From NCBI GenBank assembly GCA_035273365.1, contig DATEPD010000177.1, forward strand, positions 1-38,674: a stretch of 38,674 nucleotides of DNA, read 5' to 3'. Numbering within the stretch: position 1 is the stretch's first letter; every line of letters begins with the position of its first letter. Source of the DNA: Nitrospiraceae bacterium. GTDB lineage: Bacteria > Nitrospirota > Nitrospiria > Nitrospirales > Nitrospiraceae. A program made the position numbers and the translations under genes. The notes beneath the pieces are model-generated. The model saw only the letters and a list, made by a program, of their open reading frames with translations. It did no database searches and was not told where the DNA came from. Shown one piece after another: positions 18,326 through 27,446 of this stretch.

Positions 18326-18393
18326 CTCGATTCGTCACACATTCCCTAGTCGAAAAGTCTGACGTCAGGGATAGATTAGGGCGTTGAGACGGA

Positions 18394-19413
18394 CTACAGA
18401 ATCAACATTGCATCACCGTAGCTGTAAAAGCGGTACCGCTCGCGAACCGCCTCTGCATAGGCTCGTCGAAGGAATTCAGTCCCGGCCAATGCGGCAACCA
18501 GCATCAGCAAAGTGGTACGTGGCAAGTGAAAATTCGTGAGGAGGGCATCGACCACCTTGAACCGGAACCCTGGAGTCATGAACATCTCTGTCTCTCCACG
18601 ATAGGGTCGGATCCGGCCTTCCGCGCGAGCCGCAGTCTCGAGCGCGCGCACGACCGTGGTCCCGATAGCGACAATGCGTCTCCTTCTTGCTTGCACCTGC
18701 TCAATGGCATGAACCACCCCCGGTCCAACCTCGATCCACTCTGCGCCCATCTGATGGTCTTCGATCGGATCGACCGTCACCGATTTGAACGTCCCCACAC
18801 CGACATGGAGCGTGACCGTTGTGAGGCCGACCCCTCGCTGTTGTAGCCGTGCCAGCAGTTCCGGTGTGAAGTGGAGCCCTGCGGTCGGCGCCGCAATGGC
18901 GCCCTCATGTTGCGCGAACAGGGTTTGGTACCACTCCCGATCCTGGTCGGTCGGTGCACGTTTCAAATATGGAGGAAGTGGCATTTGACCATGTTGGCGC
19001 AACCATTCAGACAACGGAATCGGACTCTCAACCCGAACCGTCGTTCGTAGTGCACCACGCTCGACCACCACGGCAGAGGCCTCTGCACCCATCTCAATAA
19101 CCTGTCCAGGCCGGAGCGTTCCCTTGATCAGCACTTCCCAGATCGCATCGCCAAGATCTTTCACAAAAAGAATCTCGACCTCCGCACCAGATGGACGCTT
19201 CCGTCCAACAACGCGTGCAGCCAACACCTTTGTATTGTTGACTACGAGGAGATCGCCGGGCTGAAGAAGATCAGGCAACTCGTCGACACGACGATGGGCA
19301 AGCGAACGATCGAGAGGCTGCAGAACAAGCAATCTGGCGTAATCACGCGGGAGGCATGGGTGGGTGGCAATCAGCGAGGGGTCAAACGGGAAATCGAATT
19401 CGGAAAGCTGCAT
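18394..19413 (-). CDS. queA: S-adenosylmethionine:tRNA ribosyltransferase-isomerase
   Basis: Full-length QueA pattern: LSEFDFPFDPSLIA, GAIAAPTAGLHFT, and the C-terminal YRFYSYGDAMLI. Confidence 0.95.
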   Translation of the reverse strand: MQLSEFDFPFDPSLIATHPCLPRDYARLLVLQPLDRSLAHRRVDELPDLLQPGDLLVVNNTKVLAARVVGRKRPSGAEVEILFVKDLGDAIWEVLIKGTLRPGQVIEMGAEASAVVVERGALRTTVRVESPIPLSEWLRQHGQMPLPPYLKRAPTDQDREWYQTLFAQHEGAIAAPTAGLHFTPELLARLQQRGVGLTTVTLHVGVGTFKSVTVDPIEDHQMGAEWIEVGPGVVHAIEQVQARRRRIVAIGTTVVRALETAARAEGRIRPYRGETEMFMTPGFRFKVVDALLTNFHLPRTTLLMLVAALAGTEFLRRAYAEAVRERYRFYSYGDAMLIL

Positions 19414-20606
19414 CAGAAGGACGGCGGGGTCGGAGGTTTAGTCAGCGTCATATTTTGCAGTTCGGTGCCAGGATAATAGTATTGTAGAATTGTGGAGAAG
19501 GGATAGCCCAACTCAGCCAGTTCTTTCGCCCCCCACTGGCACATTCCGACGGCGTGACCCGCGCCGAAACCGGACAGCACCACATCCCGACCGATCGATT
19601 CAATGGCGAACTGCGTGCTGGGAATGATGGTATAGCCGACGGCTTTCCGTAACTCTTCTCCGCGAAGAACCAATTCTCCGCCAGAGTGGAGCACACGCAG
19701 CTTCGCGACTCGCCCCCCGCGGCTGAATGCCAAGGGCGCGATCGTTGCGATTGTCCCCACAGAAAATCCCTGCTGCCGCAAATTCTGTTCGAGCGTATCG
19801 ATTTTGAAGGAGGATTTCCATTGATAGTAGGGCGACGCAAGGTCGAATGGACACTCCACGCCCTTGAGATAGGGATACTCTTTCGACCAAACATTCATGG
19901 CATCTTCCGTCAGCCCAGCGGCTGTCGATGAAAAGGCGGCGTAGATCGGCGCATCCAGATAGGTCACGACCAACCCGCGGGTCTCTTCGACTGCGCGCAG
20001 GATCCCCACATCAATCCCTTGTTTGCCGCGATAGACTTGGTCTTGCACCGTTGCTGCAACGTCGTATTCCCGCGTGGCGCTCAACATCTGTTGGTAGAAT
20101 GCATACGTCCGTGCGGCGACCGCCTGCGCTTTCAGCATTTCTGGGTGCCAGGTCGAACTGACCTCCGAGGGAACTACTCCTTTGACGTATTCTTCAAGAT
20201 CCACCCGGTTCACGACCGAAAACCCCTTGCCTCTTCGCACAAGTTGGATCAGGCCGCTCACCGAGATCTCCGTGCTCGACTCGCCCGATGTCACGGCCGC
20301 ACCGTTGGACTTTCGAGCGGGCCGTGGAATTGTCAGCGTGAGACCTTGTTCCCCACCATGCAGCGTCAACTGCTCGGTTTTTATGCGGACACCATTCAGC
20401 ACAAACCCTGTTTCAGAAGCCGAAACCTGGGCCGGAGTGCGCAGAGCCTGATCACGGCCTTTTGCATCCGTCAGCCACAACGGACCGCTTGTACGGATAT
20501 CGAGGCGTAGTACGTCGGCCGACAGCAGAACTCGGAGCGACTCAGCCGCCTCGGCCCCCGAGGACAGGCTGAAAAGGCACACTCCCGCCATGATGGCTCG
20601 ATACAT
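19413..20606 (-). CDS. SpoIID/LytB domain protein (amidase enhancer family)
   Basis: The SpoIID domain shows EEYVKGVVPSEV, ALKAQAVAARTYA and the C-terminal GHGVGMCQWGA. The start is trimmed from the GTG at 20642 to ATG 20606, which gives the signal peptide MYRAIMAGVCLFSLSSGAEA and removes the overlap with the upstream gene. Confidence 0.85.
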   Translation of the reverse strand: MYRAIMAGVCLFSLSSGAEAAESLRVLLSADVLRLDIRTSGPLWLTDAKGRDQALRTPAQVSASETGFVLNGVRIKTEQLTLHGGEQGLTLTIPRPARKSNGAAVTSGESSTEISVSGLIQLVRRGKGFSVVNRVDLEEYVKGVVPSEVSSTWHPEMLKAQAVAARTYAFYQQMLSATREYDVAATVQDQVYRGKQGIDVGILRAVEETRGLVVTYLDAPIYAAFSSTAAGLTEDAMNVWSKEYPYLKGVECPFDLASPYYQWKSSFKIDTLEQNLRQQGFSVGTIATIAPLAFSRGGRVAKLRVLHSGGELVLRGEELRKAVGYTIIPSTQFAIESIGRDVVLSGFGAGHAVGMCQWGAKELAELGYPFSTILQYYYPGTELQNMTLTKPPTPPSF

Positions 20607-20623
20607 GTTCGCTCTCAATTGCT

Positions 20624-20878
20624 TCACCGGCGAAATATCCACGTGATGAAATAGAGTATCAAGCTCAGGATGACACTGAGAAGCAGGCTGGTCACCAGGG
20701 GAAATGAAAAGCTGAAGTTATCTCGTCGAATGGAAATGTCGCCGGGGAGCTTGCCAAGCCATCCCAGTAGATTTCCAATTCCCGGAACGCGGTCTGCGAT
20801 CAGCATCAACAGGCCGACCAACGCCACGCATACCCCGACTCCGATGAAGATCTTGCCAAGATTTCCCCATTCAGTCAT
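20624..20878 (-). CDS. DUF2905 family small membrane protein
   Basis: 84 aa with 3 TM segments. The central LGKLPGDISIRRDNFSFSFP is the signature I associate with DUF2905. It overlaps the asd stop by 4 nt. Confidence 0.75.
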   Translation of the reverse strand: MTEWGNLGKIFIGVGVCVALVGLLMLIADRVPGIGNLLGWLGKLPGDISIRRDNFSFSFPLVTSLLLSVILSLILYFITWIFRR

Positions 20879-21900
20879 GAGCCTTCAGCCAGATGTTCTG
20901 CGATTTGCACCGCATTGAGCGCGGCCCCTTTGCGGAGATTGTCGGATACCACCCAAAGGTTGAGGCCGTTAGTGATCGATTCGTCTTCTCTGATCCGGCC
21001 GATATAGACCTCATCCTTTCCGGTTGCATCCAGCGGCATCGGATAGAGTTTTTTGCTCGGATCATCATACACGATCACACCGGGCATCGCCGCCAACGCC
21101 GCACGGGCTTCATTCGGCTTGAGCGGCTGTTCCAATTCAACATTGATCGATTCCGAGTGGCAGCGCAGCACCGGAACCCGTACCGTCGTTGCCGTGACAC
21201 GCAGTGTCGGAGCTTCAAGAATCTTTCTCGTCTCTCTGGCAATTTTCACTTCTTCGGAACAGTCCCCTCCATTCGTAAAGGAACCGATGTGGGGCAAGAG
21301 GTTGAAGGCGATCTGGTAAGGGTAGACTTCAGCCTTCGCATCGCGAAATGCCAATAGATCCTTTGTTTGGGTCAGAAGTTCATCCATCGCTGCCGCGCCG
21401 GTTCCAGACACGGACTGAAACGTCGTGACCACGACGCGCTTGACTCCGACCGCATCCTGCAACGGCTTGAGCGCCATCACCAGCGGCGTGGTTGTGCAGT
21501 TGGGAATCGATACGATGCCGCGAGGCATCGTTCTCAACACATGGGCATTCACCTCCGGCACTACCAATGGAACGTCAGCCTCCATGCGAAAGACCCCGCT
21601 GTCGTCGATGACCACGACGCCCGCCGCTCCAAGCCGCTTCCCATATTCGCGGCTGATGTCATCGGTCGCCGAGATAAAAGCAATATCGACGCCGGCAAAC
21701 GAGACATCGGGCGTCAGTTCCTCCACTTTCCATTCCTTACCCTGACAAGACAGCACCTCGCCGGCCGAACGTTTCGAGGCAAAGAGTCGAAGGGATGCCA
21801 ATTGAAATCTTCGCTCCTCTAGAATTTCAAGCGTTTCTTTCCCGACCGCCCCGGTCGCACCGACGATCGCGACCACATACCCTGATTTCTTTTTTAACAT
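20875..21900 (-). CDS. asd: Aspartate-semialdehyde dehydrogenase
   Basis: NAD(P) site VAIVGATGAVG and active-site IPNCTTT. Full-length match to the short Asd type. Confidence 0.95.
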   Translation of the reverse strand: MLKKKSGYVVAIVGATGAVGKETLEILEERRFQLASLRLFASKRSAGEVLSCQGKEWKVEELTPDVSFAGVDIAFISATDDISREYGKRLGAAGVVVIDDSGVFRMEADVPLVVPEVNAHVLRTMPRGIVSIPNCTTTPLVMALKPLQDAVGVKRVVVTTFQSVSGTGAAAMDELLTQTKDLLAFRDAKAEVYPYQIAFNLLPHIGSFTNGGDCSEEVKIARETRKILEAPTLRVTATTVRVPVLRCHSESINVELEQPLKPNEARAALAAMPGVIVYDDPSKKLYPMPLDATGKDEVYIGRIREDESITNGLNLWVVSDNLRKGAALNAVQIAEHLAEGS

Positions 21901-21915
21901 GAGCTTCGATCCTGC

Positions 21916-23121
21916 CTACAATGCGATTTCGCGAATGCGATGATTGAATGTATCGGCTACGAGTACATGCCCCGCACAGTCCACCACAATGCCGAACGGG
22001 TAATTCAAGCTGGCGTCGAGGGCTAGGCCCTCGTCGCCTCCGTAATGTGCGACACCAACCCCGGCCACTCGCTCAATCCGTCCAGTGATCCGATCCCATC
22101 GCCGCACCAGATGGTTGTCCGAATCGGTCACGTACAGATTTCCCCCTTCATCCAACGCAATTCCAGATGGCCGAGAGAAACTGGTACAGTGGGGTTCATC
22201 CGGCCCCTGGTACCGATATTCACCGCCGTCGCCCACCACAGTTCGTATGATACCAGTGACGGGATCAACAGCGCGAATCCTTCCGTTAAAACTATCTGCG
22301 ATAAATAACGTGCCATCTGGTGCAAGCGCCAATCCACTGGGACCGGCCAGGCCGGTGTCAGTCGCAACTACGCCATCGCCATTATATTCAGCCCTTCCTG
22401 TCCCTGCGATGGTACGAATCACTCCGGTCGATAAATCCACCGTCCTCACGCGGTTGTTATTCTGGTCGGCGATGTAGAGGATACCTCCATCACTCACCGC
22501 TAGGGCAGCCGGTTCATTTAACCCGGCCTCCACGGCTAATCCCCCGTCACCCGAACACCGAGGTTGGCCCAAACCTGCGACTGTTGTGATGATGCCTGTC
22601 ACCGCATCCACACGCCGCACCCGGTGGTTCAGCGTGTCCGCAATGTAGAGATGCCCTGCCCGATCGACCACAACCGCGGTCGGGAAATTCAACAGCGCTA
22701 GATCCGCAGGACCACCATCGCCGCTGAAGCGTTTGGCCGGTGTTGTACCTGTCACAACATAACGAACGGTCCCACTCAGATCCATCTGTTGGGTAACGGT
22801 ATGCGAATGGGCAGTGCCGCTTTCGGCAAAAGGATCGTCATCCCCTCGCTCAGCCGCTGGAACGGGCGGGGCGGTCTTCTTTTCTGATTCAAGATCCTGA
22901 ATACGACCCGCGACTGTCCTGATTCTTCGGGTCTTCCTATCGATCTTCCGAACGATGTGGTTCTCTGAATCGGCAATGAACAGGTTCCCCTCTGTATCAA
23001 GGGTGAGCCCCTTGGGCTCATTCAGACTTACAGCGAGGGCCTCAGCCCCATCACCGGTCCACCCGGAATCTCCGGTACCGGCAATGGTCTTGATCAATCC
23101 AGCTTTGAGATCTGTCCTCAT
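21916..23121 (-). CDS. NHL-repeat beta-propeller protein (no signal peptide)
   Basis: Six repeats of the pattern ...P.G.A.D..G.LYIAD..NH.VR.V.. (for example LFIADSENHIVRKID, LYIADTLNHRVRRVD, LYVTDSDNHLVRRWD). A ~55-aa acidic, Pro-rich insert lies between blades 1 and 2. Confidence 0.85.
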   Translation of the reverse strand: MRTDLKAGLIKTIAGTGDSGWTGDGAEALAVSLNEPKGLTLDTEGNLFIADSENHIVRKIDRKTRRIRTVAGRIQDLESEKKTAPPVPAAERGDDDPFAESGTAHSHTVTQQMDLSGTVRYVVTGTTPAKRFSGDGGPADLALLNFPTAVVVDRAGHLYIADTLNHRVRRVDAVTGIITTVAGLGQPRCSGDGGLAVEAGLNEPAALAVSDGGILYIADQNNNRVRTVDLSTGVIRTIAGTGRAEYNGDGVVATDTGLAGPSGLALAPDGTLFIADSFNGRIRAVDPVTGIIRTVVGDGGEYRYQGPDEPHCTSFSRPSGIALDEGGNLYVTDSDNHLVRRWDRITGRIERVAGVGVAHYGGDEGLALDASLNYPFGIVVDCAGHVLVADTFNHRIREIAL

Positions 23122-23138
23122 CTGCCTCGACGGTCCTA

Positions 23139-24212
23139 CTAGTTCAGATTTCTCAGGATGGCCTCACCCATTTCTGTTGTCGTGACAAGGCGAGTCCCCG
23201 GACTATGTATATCTTTCGTGCGATAGCCGAGATCGAGGGTTTTCACGATCGCTTGCTCAATGGCTGTAGCTTCCTTATCCAACTTGAAGGCATAGGACAG
23301 CATCATGGCCGCCGAGGCAATCGTCGCAATAGGATTCGCGACGTTTTTCCCGGCAATGTCCGGAGCGCTTCCATGAATTGGCTCGAACAGTCCGACCTTC
23401 GCTCCAATACTGGCCGACGGCAACATGCCGATGGATCCGGTCAACATTGCCGCTTCGTCGCTCAGAATATCACCGAATATATTGTTGCAGAGCATGACAT
23501 CGAATTGCCGAGGATTGCGCACGAGTTGCATGGCCGCATTGTCGACGTAGATATGGCTCAACTCCACGTCCCGATAATCCTTGCGGACGTCAGTCACGAC
23601 ACGACGCCACAGTTCGGATGACTCCAGCACGTTCGCTTTATCAACGGACATCACTTTTTTCCGACGTTTTCTCGCTGCCTCGAACGCCACTTTCGCAATA
23701 CGTTGGATTTCTTCCGTGGTATAGACCTCGGTGTTGACACCTCGCTCGTTCCCGTTCGGTAGCGTTTCAATACCTTTGGGTTTCCCGAAATAGATGCCAC
23801 CGGTCAGCTCCCGAATGACGAGGATATCGATCCCCTCGATCACCTCTCGTTTCAATGTGGAGGCGTCGGCCAGCATCGGATACAACTTCGCCGGCCGTAA
23901 ATTCGCATAGAGGCCCAGGTGCTCCCGCAAACCCAATAGCGCTCGTTCCGGACGTAAGCTATACTCCAACCCCTCCCACTTAGGCCCGCCGACTGCACCG
24001 AGCAAGACCGCATCACTCTGTTTGGCCAGGGTCAGCGTTTCCTGCGGGAGCGGGACGCCCACTTTGTCGATGGCCTGCCCGCCGACATCACCGAAGAGAA
24101 ACTCGAACGTGTGCTGGAACCTCTCGGCCACAGCTTTCAGCACCTTCACGGCTTCAGGCACGATCTCCCGACCCACACCATCACCGACTAATACGGCTAT
24201 CTTCGCCTTCAC
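23139..24212 (-). CDS. leuB: 3-isopropylmalate dehydrogenase
   Basis: N-terminal [14 protein letters not shown] and the signature [25 protein letters not shown]. Confidence 0.96.
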   Translation of the reverse strand: MKAKIAVLVGDGVGREIVPEAVKVLKAVAERFQHTFEFLFGDVGGQAIDKVGVPLPQETLTLAKQSDAVLLGAVGGPKWEGLEYSLRPERALLGLREHLGLYANLRPAKLYPMLADASTLKREVIEGIDILVIRELTGGIYFGKPKGIETLPNGNERGVNTEVYTTEEIQRIAKVAFEAARKRRKKVMSVDKANVLESSELWRRVVTDVRKDYRDVELSHIYVDNAAMQLVRNPRQFDVMLCNNIFGDILSDEAAMLTGSIGMLPSASIGAKVGLFEPIHGSAPDIAGKNVANPIATIASAAMMLSYAFKLDKEATAIEQAIVKTLDLGYRTKDIHSPGTRLVTTTEMGEAILRNLN

Positions 24213-24252
24213 AGGCCACGCTCCTTCTTTGTGAGTGAGGACCGCCTAAGCT

Positions 24253-24633
24253 CTATTCCAGGACTTCCTCATCCTCTTGTCGCCAAGCAGGGTCGACCAA
24301 GCAGAGAAACTCGATGGCAGTTGGCCCGCTATTTTCCAGCGACTGCATTCCCCCCGGCGGGACATACACGACAGAGCCCGGTTCCACCGTGACAACCGAG
24401 TCGTCTACGGTCAATCGTCCACGACCGGCGATAATGTAGTAGACCTCTGAGGACGTCAGCCTATGGCACTTCGACCGCTCGCCGGGAGCCAATGTCCCAT
24501 GCGCCACACTATACCCAAGTGCGAGTGGTTGTTTCGCAGGATGCAAAAGTTCTCGTAGAACGGTATGATCGCCGGCCAGAAACTTCGGCCGATCTGCCAG
24601 AGTGACATGAACCACAACATACCTCAGAGTCAA
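24253..24633 (-). CDS. Cupin domain protein
   Basis: 126 aa. The H..T..EVYYI..G.G...VDD.....G..VYVPPG pattern is typical of single-domain cupins. It sits between leuA and leuB. Confidence 0.7.
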   Translation of the reverse strand: MTLRYVVVHVTLADRPKFLAGDHTVLRELLHPAKQPLALGYSVAHGTLAPGERSKCHRLTSSEVYYIIAGRGRLTVDDSVVTVEPGSVVYVPPGGMQSLENSGPTAIEFLCLVDPAWRQEDEEVLE

Positions 24634-24687
24634 CGATTCCGTCCCGGTCTCGACCGGAGCCGGTGGACTCTACCGTGGTCACTTTCT

Positions 24688-26235
24688 TTAAATCAAGCGA
24701 ACATTCTGTTCGCCCTGCGCGTGTTTTCCAGCCAGGTACCACAGTTTGTTCAATGCGTTAAGATAGGCCCGAGCCGAGGCCGTGATGATGTCCGTATCCG
24801 CCCCATGGCCTGAGACGGTGCGGCCATCCTCTTGAACCCGCACTGAGACTTCACCCTGAGCGTCGGTTCCACCGGTGATGGCCTTCACGACATACATGAG
24901 AAGCGTGCTCTTCGTCTCTGTTATCGCGGCAATCGTCCGATAGACCGCATCGACCGGTCCATCGCCCGTCCCGGTCCGCACGATCGTATGTCCGTCGATG
25001 TCAAGTTCGACCGTAGCGGTCGGAACCTGGTCCGTACCGCTGGCCACATGGAACGATTTCAGGGCGATCCGATCAGCCATTTTGGCCAACTCTTCTGAGA
25101 CAATCACTTCGAGATCCTCTTCGTAGATCTCCTTCTTCTGATCGGCCAATTTCTTGAACCGCTCGAATGCATGGTTCACCTCCTCGTCCGAGAGCGTATA
25201 CCCCAACTCCACCAGCCTCTGCCGAAACGCGTGCCGGCCTGACAGTTTCCCCATGACCATCTTGCTGTCGATCAGTCCAATCGTCTCCGGTCGTATGATT
25301 TCATACGTGGTCTTGTCCTTCAGCAGCCCGTCTTGGTGAATCCCCGACGTATGGGCAAAGGCATTTGCCCCGACGATCGCCTTGTTCGGCTGCACGACCA
25401 TACCGGTGATCTTGCTGACCAGTCGGCTGGTCTTCGAGATCTCTTCGGTACGAATGCTTGTATCGGCTTGATAGAAATCCTTCCTGGTCCGAAGACCCAT
25501 GACAATTTCTTCCAGGGCCGTATTCCCCGCCCGCTCACCAATCCCATTGATCGTACATTCCACTTGGCCGGCCCCTTGAAACACTGCAGCCAAGCTGTTC
25601 CCCACAGCGAGCCCGAGATCGTTGTGGCAATGGACGGAGATCACCGCCTTCGCACTATTTGGCACTCGCTCACGAATTTCATGAATGAGCTTCCCAAACT
25701 CCTGTGGAACCGCGTAGCCAACCGTATCGGGAATATTGATCGTTCCGGCTCCTGCGGCAATCACTGCCTCGATCACCTCATAGAGATAGGCGGGATCTGA
25801 GCGACTGGCATCCATGGGCGAAAACTCCACATCGTCCACATACCCCCTCGCCAGTTGTACCATCTCAACTGCGCGTTTTTTCGCCTCACCGCGTGTCATT
25901 CTGAACTGGTGCTTCAAGTGGATATCCGAGGTCGAGAGAAACGTATGGATACGGACCTTCTGGGCCCCTTTCAATGCTTCCCAGGCTCGATCGATATCCT
26001 CCGGACGCGCCCGTGCCAAGCTGCAAATCGTCGGTCCCTCGACTTCCTGCGAGATCCGCCGGACCGCGGTAAAATCTCCAGGCGAACTGTAGGCAAATCC
26101 AGCCTCGATGATGTCCACTCCCAAACGTGCCAGCTGCTTCGCCACCATGATTTTCTCTTCCACATTCATGCTGGCCCCTGGAGATTGCTCTCCATCACGA
26201 AGGGTCGTATCAAAAATCTTGATCATCCGTGTCAT
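24688..26235 (-). CDS. leuA: 2-isopropylmalate synthase
   Basis: IFDTTLRDGEQSPG, HCHNDLGLAVGNSLAA, and a C-terminal LeuA dimerisation/regulatory domain. GAGG lies 7 nt upstream of the ATG. Confidence 0.96.
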   Translation of the reverse strand: MTRMIKIFDTTLRDGEQSPGASMNVEEKIMVAKQLARLGVDIIEAGFAYSSPGDFTAVRRISQEVEGPTICSLARARPEDIDRAWEALKGAQKVRIHTFLSTSDIHLKHQFRMTRGEAKKRAVEMVQLARGYVDDVEFSPMDASRSDPAYLYEVIEAVIAAGAGTINIPDTVGYAVPQEFGKLIHEIRERVPNSAKAVISVHCHNDLGLAVGNSLAAVFQGAGQVECTINGIGERAGNTALEEIVMGLRTRKDFYQADTSIRTEEISKTSRLVSKITGMVVQPNKAIVGANAFAHTSGIHQDGLLKDKTTYEIIRPETIGLIDSKMVMGKLSGRHAFRQRLVELGYTLSDEEVNHAFERFKKLADQKKEIYEEDLEVIVSEELAKMADRIALKSFHVASGTDQVPTATVELDIDGHTIVRTGTGDGPVDAVYRTIAAITETKSTLLMYVVKAITGGTDAQGEVSVRVQEDGRTVSGHGADTDIITASARAYLNALNKLWYLAGKHAQGEQNVRLI

Positions 26236-26382
26236 GGTTTCACCTCTCGTAATTAGTGAGATTGCTCAAAATGTCTTTCCAGCAAGGCCGCAGGAAGCGG
26301 GACGACTAAGGCGTACCCTTGGGGTACGTCGCAGGGAGGCACGCGACCGAGAACGCTGCGGGAAAGCATTTTCAGCTATCTC

Positions 26383-26422
26383 AAATAAAAAAGCCTCCAT
26401 CCCTACGCCCAGGGACGGAAGC
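26383..26422 (-). terminator. T-box-controlled intrinsic terminator
   Basis: On the minus strand, GCUUCCGUCCCU-GGGCGU-AGGGAUGGAGGC forms a 12-bp stem (with two G-U pairs) followed by UUUUUUAUUU. Its 5' strand is shared with the antiterminator. Confidence 0.85.
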
Positions 26423-26630
26423 TTGAGAAGCTCCGTGGTACCACCCTGATTTAGCCATGAACAACATGCGCTGTCCACAGCCCTTCATTAAGCCCTGTCA
26501 CGGGGGCGAGGCGGAATCCATTACTCGGGTTTCACGGATTCTGGCTCAGAGGCGAGTTCGGCGCCGCACAGGCTGGTTTTCACCATGCACCAGCTCTCTC
26601 ATTGCTGTACGAATCGCGTACTACTCCTCT
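26383..26630 (-). promoter_or_regulatory. T-box leader (tRNA-sensing riboswitch), predicted Leu (CUC) specificity, controlling leuA
   Basis: Read on the minus strand, in order: AGUA box; AGAGAG bulge (26594-26600); distal-loop-like GGUGCAUGGUGAAA; specifier context GAA-CUC-G (CUC at 26554-26556); a stem II-like hairpin with AGUAAU; and the T-box sequence AAAUCAGGGUGGUACCACGG (26433-26452). An antiterminator (CAGGG/CCCUG, bulge UGGUACCAC) excludes the terminator at 26393-26422. UGGU fits a tRNA with discriminator A. Confidence 0.88.
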
Positions 26631-26642
26631 TCGATGCCACTA

Positions 26643-27446
26643 TCACTTCGAATCAATCGCCGACTGCGCAGCCTTGGGCGACGGACGCTTCCCGGTCATC
26701 TTGGACAGAAGTCCGACGAGTCGTTCTGTCGGACCGAGCAACGCATACCCGGCAAAGATGACAAAGAGCATAACTTGGGGCCAGGCAGCGATGAGCATGA
26801 GTGCCAAAATTCCCCACACGAGATAGGTAATGTGCTGGCCACCGCGGAACTTCATGTCTTTAAAGCTCCGATACTTGATGGTACTCACCATCAAGAACGA
26901 AAGGGTGAGCGTAATAATCAGAACGAGCATGGGTTTCACTTCCGTTCCGATCCTGACGCTATAGTGGTCGAATATCACCAGCGACGCGACGACCCCGGCC
27001 GCCGCAGGAATCGCCAATCCCGTAAAATACTTGCCGTCAGCCACGGCTGCAGCAGAATTAAACCGGGCCAACCGGACCGCACCCATCGCCACGTATGCAA
27101 ACATGACCGCTACTCCAAACATGCCCTGGCCGCTCAGTGCCCAGGAATAAATCAGGAGGCCGGGAGCGACCCCAAACGACACCACATCTGACAACGAGTC
27201 ATATTCGAGGCCAAAATGACTGGTGCTGTTTGTCAACCGTGCCGACTTTCCATCGAGCACATCGAAGACCATCGCCACCAGGATTGCGACCGCTGCGACC
27301 ATGTAGTCCGCATTGAATACGGACAGCATCGAAAAGACGCCGCACAAGAGATTCCCTGTCGTAAAAAGATTGGGGATCAAGTGCATCGCAGCCTTACGCC
27401 GTTTCCCATCCTTTCCGAACGATTGACGAAGTCCATTGGCTTTCAT
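26643..27446 (-). CDS. pssA: CDP-diacylglycerol--serine O-phosphatidyltransferase
   Basis: CDP-alcohol phosphatidyltransferase motif DVLDGKSARLTNSTSHFGLEYDSLSD in a polytopic membrane protein. Its ATG overlaps the psd stop (ATGA). Confidence 0.9.
   Translation of the reverse strand: MKANGLRQSFGKDGKRRKAAMHLIPNLFTTGNLLCGVFSMLSVFNADYMVAAVAILVAMVFDVLDGKSARLTNSTSHFGLEYDSLSDVVSFGVAPGLLIYSWALSGQGMFGVAVMFAYVAMGAVRLARFNSAAAVADGKYFTGLAIPAAAGVVASLVIFDHYSVRIGTEVKPMLVLIITLTLSFLMVSTIKYRSFKDMKFRGGQHITYLVWGILALMLIAAWPQVMLFVIFAGYALLGPTERLVGLLSKMTGKRPSPKAAQSAIDSK

Noticed and set aside
18326-18393. Palindromic CTGACGTCAG / TCCCT...AGGGA between the convergent PpiD-like gene and queA, considered as a bidirectional terminator
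   Set aside because: The stems are only 3-5 bp with awkward loops, and there is no U-tract on the plus strand.
26457-27191. 244-aa plus-strand ORF
   Set aside because: It begins inside the T-box leader and runs antisense through pssA. The translation is Arg/His-rich, and both underlying features are far better supported.
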